Shown here piece by piece: positions 11,176 to 20,392 of a stretch of 64,000 nt of DNA (its first letter is position 1; each line of letters starts with the position of its first letter). The stretch is from Opitutales bacterium (lineage in GTDB: Bacteria; Verrucomicrobiota; Verrucomicrobiia; Opitutales; UBA2987). Under the pieces are notes generated by a model, which was given only the letters and a program-made list of their open reading frames with translations, had not been told where the DNA came from and searched no databases. The stretch lies in assembly GCA_965226885.1 (NCBI GenBank), contig CBDDEL010000016.1:160001-224000 (forward strand). Reading direction: 5' to 3'. The position numbers and the translations under genes are program-made.

Positions 11176-12503
11176 TGACGTGTACTGGATTTGTTGGACA
11201 CGGGATTCTCTTATATTCATTGTTTATTGATTAGTGTGTCAGGCGGCTTGTTTTGGTAAAGGGTTTTGTTTTCTCGTTGCCCCCCATGGGGGGCAAATAT
11301 TTTCCTCGAATTGGACTGGGCTTTGGTAACTCAGAGAGGAATGTTTGCGATATCGGTTGTAGAAGATTTCCACGTATTCGAAGACAGTTGATCGCAGTTC
11401 GCGCTCGTCGGCAAAGTGGCGGCCTCGAATCGTGCTGGTCTTGAAGCGGCCGTAGAACGATTCCATGGCCGCGTTGTCGTAGCAGTTGCCTTGGGCGCTC
11501 ATGCTCGGCTTCATGCCTAGTTCAGAGACCAGCCTCTGATAGTCGTCGCTGGCGTAGGGGCTGCCCCGATCGCTGTGATGAATAATCCCGGTGCGCAGTG
11601 TGCCGCGGGTCATGGCCGCGGCTTTGAGGGCCTTGCCAACCAGCTTCGCGTCGTTGTGGTTGGAAACGCTCCAGCCCAGCAGGCGTCGGCTGAACAGGTC
11701 CATCACCGTGGCCAAGTACATCCAACCGGCCAGGGTCCGTAGGTAGGTCGTGTCCGCCACCCAGACCTCGTCGATATGGGTCGGCTGGCCATGCTTTTTA
11801 AGCACATTGGGGCTGTAACCATAGGGATGGTTACTGTTGGTTTTTAATGGCTTAAAGCGTTTACTCTGGGTGCTTTTGATTCCCATTTCACGCATCAGAC
11901 GCAGAGCCCGGTCACGGCCGCAATCGATGCCCTCATCATCCTTCAGATGGCGGTGCATTGGCCGATGCCCATAGCGGCCCTTGGCCTCTTTGTGTACCTT
12001 CAGGATCGCCCCCTTGATTCCCTCGTCCTCGATCCGCCGGGCCGAGGGCGCTCGGTGCCTCCAGCAGTAATAGCCACTGCGACAAATCCCCATCGCCGAG
12101 CATATTTCCTCGATCTTGAAGCGCCCCTCGTTGTCTTTGACAAACTGGTACTTCATTGTTCGTCCTTGGCAAAGTAGCCCACCGTTTTTTTTAGTATCTG
12201 GTTGATCCGCTCCGAGCGGCGCAGCTCTTTGCGAAGACGATCTATCTCGGCCGCCATCTCCTTCGGACTGCTCTGTCGCTTTGAGGTGGCTTCGCCCTGC
12301 TGATCGTCCAGATAGAGCCTCTTCCACCTATACAATTGGTTGGTGTTGACCCCAAGTTTGGTCGATACCTCGGTGGCGCTCAGACCATCGAGTATCATCA
12401 GTTGAACTGCCTCATTTTTGAACTCTATACTAAAGCGTCTTCTTCCCATGCTTCGATTCTCCATTTAGGAGAATCTCGTGTCCACTTTTTCCAGTGCACA
12501 TCA
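11176..12503 (-). mobile_element. IS3-family element type B, copy 1 (orfA 12153-12464, orfB 11239-12156)
   Basis: TGATGTGCACTGG/TGACGTGTACTGG IRs; WVADTTY, HHSDRGSPY, DNAAMESF; flanks (GAT/GTT) do not match. Confidence 0.93.
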
Positions 12504-12717
12504 GTTTTCTGCCGCTATATGTTTTTTGCGGTGATCAGCTGCTGGTGGCCTACCTGCGGCCGAGCAAGATCGATGCCAGCAAGCATGCCGGGGCCATCCT
12601 CAAATTGCTGGTTAAACGGATTCGCCAAAGCTGGCCCCGTACGCGGATTATTTGGCGCGCCGACAGTGGATTTTGTCGAGACCGGATACTCTCTTGGTGC
12701 GACCGCAACGAAGTTAG
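12504..12717 (+). pseudogene. Internal fragment of the IS1380 transposase
   Basis: Matches the FLPLYVFCGDQLL...CDRNEVS region of the intact copies. Confidence 0.9.
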
Positions 12718-14284
12718 CCCGGATATTTCGTAAAAAAAGTATCGTTGATATGCTTAACTGCTGATATACAGCAGGATAGATCAATAATTAAAGCAATATC
12801 AGCGATGACAAAAGGTAAACAATTAAAGCTACAGTTGACAAGGGTAAAAGGCCGCCGTGTGCGGGTTGATTTCAAGGGCGGAGAGGTTACTTCGGATGCC
12901 GGACTGCTTTTGATCCGGGAAGTGGATCGGCAGTTGGGCTTGACCGAACGAGCGGCCCGACAGTTAGTGGACAAACGGCAGAAGGGCAAAGTACGCCATG
13001 AGGTATTGGGGATGCTGCGGCAGCGCGTTTACGGGCTGGTGGCGGGCTATGAGGATTTGAACGACTTTGATACCCTGCGCCACGATCCATTGTTGCAAAC
13101 GGTAACGGGGCGCATTGAAACGTTGGCCAGCGCGCCGACTTTGTGTCGTTTTGAAAACGGGCAGGATCGGCGGGCGGCCTTTGCGGTAAACGAGCTGTTG
13201 GTCGAACAGTTCATGGGCTCCTTTGCCGAGGAACCCGAAGAGATCATCCTGGACTTTGACGCCACCGACAATCCGGTGCACGGGCTCCAGGAGGGACGTT
13301 TTTTCCACGGTTATTATGATCATTACTGTTTTCTGCCGCTATATGTTTTTTGCGGTGATCAGCTGCTGGTGGCCTACCTGCGGCCGAGCAAGATCGATGC
13401 CAGCAAGCATGCCGGGGCCATCCTCAAATTGCTGGTTAAACGGATTCGCCAAAGCTGGCCCCGTACGCGGATTATTTGGCGCGCCGACAGTGGATTTTGT
13501 CGAGACCGGATACTCTCTTGGTGCGACCGCAACGAAGTTAGTTACATCGTGGGGATGGCTCGCAATGCACGCTTGCAGCAAGACGCCCAGCAGTTGCAAA
13601 AGCAGGCCAAAGAATGGTTCGAACTAAGGGGTAAAAAACAACGGTTATTCCAGGACTTCGTCTATGCTGCCGATTCGTGGCGATGGCTGCGGTTGGTCAT
13701 CCATAAAGCCGAACACACCGCACAGGGGTCCAACCCGCGCTTCGTGGTGACGAACCTGCCGGGCGATCCCCAGGAGCTTTACGACAAGGTATACTGTGGC
13801 CGCGGTGAAATGGAGAACCGAATCAAGGAACAGATGCAATTGTTCAGCGAGCGCACCAGCGCCCATCAATGGTGGGCCAATCAGTGGCGATTGCTCTTGT
13901 CGGCGCTGGCCTACACCTTGATGGAAGCCATGCGCCGGTTAGCCTTAAAAGGGACGAAGTGGGCGCGGGCCCAATGCCACACCCTGCGGCTCAAATTAAT
14001 CAAGATCGGAGCGGTCATCGTGCGCAACACCCGAACGATTCACTTTCACCTAAGTGAGAGTTATCCTTGGGCCAGTCTTTTCAACCATGCGGCCCGCCGA
14101 TTGGTGCCAACCTAAAGGGTGCATTGGTGCTGCCCCCGGCACTACCGAACCAATGGGGGAAAGGGGGCAGTGTCTCTACACCCTGAAAAACACCTAAAAA
14201 TCAAGACGATCTGCTCAAAATACAAAGAAATCCATCTCCAATAGCAATAACGAGCCAAACTTTACCCTTCATGAAATATCCGGG
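12718..14284 (+). mobile_element. IS1380-family element, copy 2
   Basis: Same IRs as copy 1; flanks TTAG/CTAA are not a direct duplication. Confidence 0.95.
12745..14115 (+). CDS. IS1380-family transposase
   Basis: 456 aa, one residue different from copy 1 (WWANQ vs WWPNQ). Confidence 0.93.
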   Translation: MICLTADIQQDRSIIKAISAMTKGKQLKLQLTRVKGRRVRVDFKGGEVTSDAGLLLIREVDRQLGLTERAARQLVDKRQKGKVRHEVLGMLRQRVYGLVAGYEDLNDFDTLRHDPLLQTVTGRIETLASAPTLCRFENGQDRRAAFAVNELLVEQFMGSFAEEPEEIILDFDATDNPVHGLQEGRFFHGYYDHYCFLPLYVFCGDQLLVAYLRPSKIDASKHAGAILKLLVKRIRQSWPRTRIIWRADSGFCRDRILSWCDRNEVSYIVGMARNARLQQDAQQLQKQAKEWFELRGKKQRLFQDFVYAADSWRWLRLVIHKAEHTAQGSNPRFVVTNLPGDPQELYDKVYCGRGEMENRIKEQMQLFSERTSAHQWWANQWRLLLSALAYTLMEAMRRLALKGTKWARAQCHTLRLKLIKIGAVIVRNTRTIHFHLSESYPWASLFNHAARRLVPT

Positions 14285-14314
14285 CTAACTCCAAATCTGT
14301 TAGAATTGCTTTAG

Positions 14315-17218
14315 CCCGGATATTTCGTAAAAAAAGTATCGTTGATATGCTTAACTGCTGATATACAGCAGGATAGATCAATAATTAAAGCAATATCAGC
14401 GATGACAAAAGGTAAACAATTAAAGCTACAGTTGACAAGGGTAAAAGGCCGCCGTGTGCGGGTTGATTTCAAGGGCGGAGTGAAGTGGACGGGGTTGTTT
14501 GGACAATTTTGACGTGGGATTAAGGTGGAAATCGTGTTCATATTATTTTTTAAAAATATATTTTGTCCTTAGCCAAAGACGGGCACGCAGGTGCCCGCAA
14601 GCTGTATTGGCGGGGAGGTTGGTTTTGCTCCGATTGCATGGACTTCGGCCGGGGTCCGGTAGCCCAGGGCTTGGTGGGGGCGCAGGTGGTTGTAGAAGTC
14701 CAGGTAGCGGGCTATCCCTTCGCTGGCTTCCTTTGCCGTGGCGTATTCGCGCAGGTAAATGTCTTCATACTTGAGGGTTCTCCAAAAGCGTTCAACAAAT
14801 ATGTTGTCCAGGTAGCGGCCACGCCCGTCCATGCTGATGCGCACCCCGGCTTGCCCCAGCACCGAGGTGAACTCGCTGCCGGTAAACTGGCTGCCTTGAT
14901 CGGTGTTGAAGATTTGAGGTTGGGCCCGCCTCAGAGCTTCCTCCAGGGCGAGCACACAGAAGCGGCTCTCCAGGGTGTTGGAAAGCTGCCAGCTCAACAC
15001 GTAGCGGCTGAACCAGTCCAACACCACGGTCAAGAAAAGGAATCCTCGGCTCAGCCGCAGGTAAGTGATGTCGCTGCACCATACCTGGTCGGGCCGCTCG
15101 ACCGCCAAACCCCGCAGCAGATAAGGGAAAATGCGGTGCTGCCGGTGCCCCTGGCTCAAGTTTCGACGCGGATAAATAGCCTCCAGGCCCATTTGGCGCA
15201 TGAGCCGCTGGATGCGGCCTCGTCCCACTGCATGGCCCTCTCGACGCAGCCACTGGGTCATCCGGCGAGAACCAAAAAACGGATATTGGGTGTAGAGCTC
15301 ATCCATGCGATGCATGTAGAGAACGTTCTGCTCGCACTGGGCACGGGCCCGATAGTAATAGCTGCCGCGGGCCAGCCCCAGCAACTGACATTGCCTGCCG
15401 ATACTGATTTTTCCTTGAAGTGGTTGCACCATCTTGCGCCTCTCACCAACCGAATTGTTCAGACTTTTTTTTTAGCCAATCGCATTCTACTTTCAGCTTT
15501 CCAATCTCCTGGTAAAGGTGATCTTTTTCCGTCTCGTTGTCCTTGCTGAGAGTCTGCCGCTGGCGCGAAAACAGCTCCGTTGCTCCCTGCAAAAGCTGCT
15601 TCTTCCATTGGGTCACCTGGTTGGGATGCACCTCAAAACGACCGGCGATCTCGTTGATGGTATGAGCGCCCCTGATGGCTTCCAGGGCCACTCGGGCTTT
15701 AAACTCAGCACTGTATTGTCTTCTCTTTCGTGATTTAATAACATTCATAGGTTAGCGGATTTAGTGGTTCAAGACCACCTTATTCCACTGTCCAGTTTTC
15801 CCCGTCCATTTCAGAGAGGTTACTTCGGATGCCGGACTGCTTTTGATCCGGGAAGTGGATCGGCAGTTGGGCTTGACCGAACGAGCGGCCCGACAGTTAG
15901 TGGACAAACGGCAGAAGGGCAAAAGTACGCCATGAGGTATTGGGGATGCTGCGGCAGCGCGTTTACGGGCTGGTGGCGGGCTATGAGGATTTGAACGACT
16001 TTGATACCCTGCGCCACGATCCATTGTTGCAAACGGTAACGGGGCGCATTGAAACGTTGGCCAGCGCGCCGACTTTGTGTCGTTTTGAAAACGGGCAGGA
16101 TCGGCGGGCGGCCTTTGCGGTAAACGAGCTGTTGGTCGAACAGTTCATGGGCTCCTTTGCCGAGGAACCCGAAGAGATCATCCTGGACTTTGCCGCCACC
16201 GACAATCCGGTGCACGGGCTCCAGGAGGGACGTTTTTTCCACGGTTATTATGATCATTACTGTTTTCTGCCGCTATATGTTTTTTGCGGTGATCAGCTGC
16301 TGGTGGCCTACCTGCGGCCGAGCAAGATCGATGCCAGCAAGCATGCCGGGGCCATCCTCAAATTGCTGGTTAAACGGATTCGCCAAAGCTGGCCCCGTAC
16401 GCGGATTATTTGGCGCGCCGACAGTGGATTTTGTCGAGACCTGATACTCTCTTGGTGCGACCGCAACGAAGTTAGTTACATCGTGGGGATGGCTCGCAAT
16501 GCACGCTTGCAGCAAGACGCCCAGCAGTTGCAAAAGCAGGCCAAAGAATGGTTCGAACTAAGGGGTGAAAAACAACGGTTATTCCAGGACTTCGTCTATG
16601 CTGCCGATTCGTGGCGATGGCTGCGGTTGGTCATCCATAAAGCCGAACACACCGCACAGGGGTCCAACCCGCGCTTCGTGGTGACGAACCTGCCGGGCGA
16701 TCCCCAGGAGCTTTACGACAAGGTATACTGTGGCCGCGGTGAAATGGAGAACCGAATCAAGGAACAGATGCAATTGTTCAGCGAGCGCACCAGCGCCCAT
16801 CAATGGTGGGCCAATCAGTGGCGATTGCTCTTGTCGGCGCTGGCCTACACCTTGATGGAAGCCATGCGCCGGTTAGCCTTAAAAGGGACGAAGTGGGCGC
16901 GGGCCCAATGCCACACCCTGCGGCTCAAATTAATCAAGATCGGAGCGGTCATCGTGCGCAACACCCGAACGATTCACTTTCACCTAAGTGAGAGTTATCC
17001 TTGGGCCAGTCTTTTCAACCATGCGGCCCGCCGATTGGTGCCAACCTAAAGGGTGCATTGGTGCTGCCCCCGGCACTACCGAACCAATGGGGGAAAGGGG
17101 GCAGTGTCTCTACACCCTGAAAAACACCTAAAAATCAAGACGATCTGCTCAAAATACAAAGAAATCCATCTCCAATAGCAATAACGAGCCAAACTTTACC
17201 CTTCATGAAATATCCGGG
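14315..17218 (+). mobile_element. IS1380-family element, copy 3, inactivated (IS3 insertion, +1 frameshift near 15921, DFDATD changed to DFAATD)
   Basis: Both IRs present; transposase remnant at 15940-17049. Confidence 0.92.
14481..15813 (-). mobile_element. IS3-family element type A, copy 2 (orfA 15443-15748, orfB 14569-15432)
   Basis: Proteins identical to copy 1; GAG target duplication inside IS1380 copy 3. Confidence 0.95.
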
Positions 17219-17302
17219 TTAACACTACCCCAATACAGACTGGGTTACCATAGGTTCAAGTTATATTACCATACCCGGGAAAGAGACTCAAGCTTTATAC
17301 TA

Positions 17303-19129
17303 GAGGCTGTCCCAAAAATATAAAGATTTTATAGTCAACTGGATGACGTTGATAAAAAGAGCCGGAAAGAGCAAGTTTTTGCTCGATCCGGCCAAAAAAG
17401 GGTTCTATAATTGAGTTAGCGAAAATCAATATGGCCCTTTCTATGAATTTCTATGAAAAATATAGCCATCCAATGCCTCCTGCGTCCAGCTTTAACTGTG
17501 GTCGACCGGTGCCTCGATTACGATAACTTCCGCGCCACCATTGATCGAATCGATCGGCTGCTGATCGACTCGGAGGTGGAATCGCAGGCCATTGAGCTGG
17601 CCTTGGAGGGGTGGCCGCCAATGGGTCTAAAGGCCCGGCGGCAGCGGGCCAGTTTTGCCATCAAGGCACTGCGCATGGATACGCTGGGCCGTCTGCTCGG
17701 AGGGATTTCGTTTCGGCATTTGTCGCGGGCTCTGGGCAGCAGCGATCTGTTGGCCGACTTTTGCCGTGTCCGGCAGATCGATGGCATCAGGGGCATCTCC
17801 AAAAGCACCCTGGAGCGGGCCTCGAAGTTTTTCAGCGAAGAGCAGTTGAGGGCCTTGCACCGGACCTTGACTGAGGTGGTGGGCGATGCCCTTCTGGCCC
17901 GGCAGGTGGGATTGGACAAGCCGATTGACCCCACCATTTGCCTGATCGACGGCACCTGTTTGGAGGCTAACATTCATTGGCCGACGGACTGGGTATTACT
18001 CAAGGATGTAGCCGGCACGTTGCTCAAAGCGATCCGGCTGATCCGCGAGAAGGCCGGTTTGCGCCATCGCATGCCGATCGAACCGGAGCCCTTGGCTCGG
18101 CAGATGAATCGGCTGTGCATACAGATGACCCACAGCCGGCGGCGAAAGGACAGCGCGCGGCAGCGCAAGGGTATCTTGAGGCAGATGAAAAAGCTGCTCA
18201 AACGGATCGGGGAGCATGCCCGCAGTCACCGGGAATTATTGCAAGCCTGCTGGGAGCAAAGCGATTACAGCGAAAAACAGGTCCAACAGATCCTCGCCCG
18301 GATGGAGCGCATGAGCGAGCAAATCCCGGTGGTCATCAAACAGGCGCACGAGCGGATCATTGGCGGCCGCCAGGTGAAAAACGCAGAGAAAGTCTTGAGT
18401 GTTTACGAACTCGATGGGCAGGTGATTGTGCGAGGTAAAGCGGGCCAAGAGGTCGAGTTCGGCAACACCCTGTTTTTGGGAGAAAGCGTTGAAGGGTACC
18501 TGCTGGACTGGAAACTCTACGGCAGCCGAACTCCAAGCGAAAATGAACAAATGCAAGAGAGTTTGCAAAGACAGAACCGCTTCAACCTGGAAGAACCCAT
18601 AGCGGCCATGTGCGCGGACCGGGGATTTGCCTCCCAGCGGGCCCGCCGGCAGTTAGCCCAGGAGGGAATCTACGACGCGCTCTGTCCACGCGATCCGAAG
18701 CAGTTGAAAAAACGGATGGAGGAACCACTGTTCAGACAATTGCAAAAGCGCCGGGCCAGCACCGAAGGGCGGATCGGGGTATTGAAGAATCGCTGGCAGG
18801 CCGGGCGGTTGCGCAGCAAAGGCTTTGCCAACCGCTCGATCAGCGTAGCCTGGTCGGTACTCTCGCACAACCTATGGAAAGTAGCCAAGATGCTGGCCCA
18901 GCAAGACGAACTAAAAACCAAAGCGGCGGCCTAGAGAGCGGAAAAGCAAGGACAATACTTTTTCACAGCCGTACTGTCGGCTCATACAAAGAAAACCAGG
19001 CAACCGGACCCCAAAACCAGTATCCTAACGTCATAGGAGAGCAAAGTTGATACTCTCCCAAATGCAAATACCTCTAAAATGAGCGCCTATCAAAAGCCCT
19101 CGCAAAAATCACCCTTTTGGGACAGCCTC
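17303..19129 (+). mobile_element. ISNCY/IS5-like element, copy 1
   Basis: IRs GAGGCTGTCCCAAAA...TTTTGGGACAGCCTC, TATACTA repeated on both flanks. Confidence 0.9.
17453..18934 (+). CDS. DDE transposase (ISNCY/IS5-like)
   Basis: IDGTCLEANIHWPTD, RGKAGQEVEFG, ADRGF and RASTEGRIGVLK motifs. Confidence 0.88.
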   Translation: MKNIAIQCLLRPALTVVDRCLDYDNFRATIDRIDRLLIDSEVESQAIELALEGWPPMGLKARRQRASFAIKALRMDTLGRLLGGISFRHLSRALGSSDLLADFCRVRQIDGIRGISKSTLERASKFFSEEQLRALHRTLTEVVGDALLARQVGLDKPIDPTICLIDGTCLEANIHWPTDWVLLKDVAGTLLKAIRLIREKAGLRHRMPIEPEPLARQMNRLCIQMTHSRRRKDSARQRKGILRQMKKLLKRIGEHARSHRELLQACWEQSDYSEKQVQQILARMERMSEQIPVVIKQAHERIIGGRQVKNAEKVLSVYELDGQVIVRGKAGQEVEFGNTLFLGESVEGYLLDWKLYGSRTPSENEQMQESLQRQNRFNLEEPIAAMCADRGFASQRARRQLAQEGIYDALCPRDPKQLKKRMEEPLFRQLQKRRASTEGRIGVLKNRWQAGRLRSKGFANRSISVAWSVLSHNLWKVAKMLAQQDELKTKAAA

Positions 19130-19295
19130 TATACTATGTCCTGATTGTACCGCATCCAATATTATCCTGCATTGCAAATCCTGTATCATGACACCTGACA
19201 CATTGCGGCGCCACCAGATCGTATTTTCCGCCTCGATTTCTTTGCTATAATGGTTTGACCTGAGCGAGAAAGAGCTTTTTCTCGTTGATTCCAAG

Positions 19296-20306
19296 ATGAT
19301 CATGAAAAAGAAATATACTCAAATTGCGTTCAGGCTGGCAGGTGTTGCATTGCTAATATTCACCGGATGCGGCAAATCTCAGGAACCGGCTGTGGATAAT
19401 GCCGCCGATGCCGAGGCTCAGACAGAAGACCCCGTTTCCAGCCATAGGGATCATTCGGAAACTTCTCCAACTCCCGCCCAGCCCGATGTTGATTTGGGCG
19501 AGGACGGTCAGGCGTTGAAAGCCATGGGCTACATGATCGGCCAACAGGTCGGGGTTCAGATTGGCTACAGCGAGGCCGAACTCGAATACATAATGATGGG
19601 AATCCGACATGCGTGGGAAACCGAAAATATGCCACCCAATTTGCAACAGCACCTTGATCGGGCCAAAACAATCGTGCAGAGCAAACGGGCAACCTATCTC
19701 CAAAAGCAACAGGAGAATGCCGAAAAGGATTCCATTCCCAACATTAAAGCGGGCGAAGATTTTCTGCAAGAATTGAGCGAGGATCCCGAAGTAAAAAAGA
19801 CGGCCAGCGGCCTGTATTATAAAGTCCTGCAAGCAGGCGAAGGCAAAATTCCTAAAGAAACAGACTGGGTAAAAGTAAATTACCGGGGCAGCCTGATTGA
19901 CGGCACGGAGTTCGACAGCTCCTTCAAACGCAACGCACCGGGCGAATTTGCCCTCAACCGGGTGGTCAAAGGCTGGACCGAAGGCCTCCAACTCATCGGC
20001 GAAGGAGGCAAAATCATGCTTTATGTGCCAGCCAGCCTCGGCTATGGGAACAGCCCCCGTCCGGGAGGAAAAATCAAAGCGGGAGACTTGCTCATATTTG
20101 AAATCGACCTTCTGGAAGTAACCGGTGAAAAGAAGCCGCCTCGGGGCTTACCGGCAAACATCCCGCCACCGCCCAGCGGACCGCCTCCCGGCTTCCCGCC
20201 CTCCAGAAGACCCCCGGATTTTCCCGCCAATGCGCCCAAGAAACCACCAGCCCCTCCCCCTGGAGCGACGATCCCTCAGGGCCATCCGATCGACTCGGGT
20301 TCATGA
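19296..20306 (+). CDS. FKBP-type peptidyl-prolyl isomerase (FkpA/Mip-like) lipoprotein with a proline-rich tail
   Basis: Lipobox FTGC; TASGLYYKV, VNYRGSLIDGTEFDSS, GWTEGLQL, LGYG. Confidence 0.9.
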   Translation: MIMKKKYTQIAFRLAGVALLIFTGCGKSQEPAVDNAADAEAQTEDPVSSHRDHSETSPTPAQPDVDLGEDGQALKAMGYMIGQQVGVQIGYSEAELEYIMMGIRHAWETENMPPNLQQHLDRAKTIVQSKRATYLQKQQENAEKDSIPNIKAGEDFLQELSEDPEVKKTASGLYYKVLQAGEGKIPKETDWVKVNYRGSLIDGTEFDSSFKRNAPGEFALNRVVKGWTEGLQLIGEGGKIMLYVPASLGYGNSPRPGGKIKAGDLLIFEIDLLEVTGEKKPPRGLPANIPPPPSGPPPGFPPSRRPPDFPANAPKKPPAPPPGATIPQGHPIDSGS

Positions 20307-20392
20307 CCTGAAACCAGGCGCAGCACCTTAAAAATAGATAAATTCAAAATTCGGCTATTCAGGCCGAAAACCGGATCAAAGACCTTTACAAG

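Larger units (their letters stand above)
9951..17229 (+). mobile_element. IS1-family element type A, destroyed, hosting a nested IS stack
   Basis: Left IR GGTAGTGTTAA at 9951, right IR TTAACACTACC at 17219-17229, 8-bp target duplication CCAATACA at 9943-9950 and 17230-17237. Confidence 0.88.
9699..19191 (+). pseudogene. Periplasmic chaperone-like protein of the pilus-like operon, split by a nested IS1 stack and an ISNCY element, probably 3'-truncated
   Basis: Segments 9699-9950, 17238-17302 and 19137-19191 join in frame: ...NPGESYQGIISLQNTD...GSHDRSNTDWVTIGSSYITIPGKETQALYYVLIVP... Confidence 0.65.
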
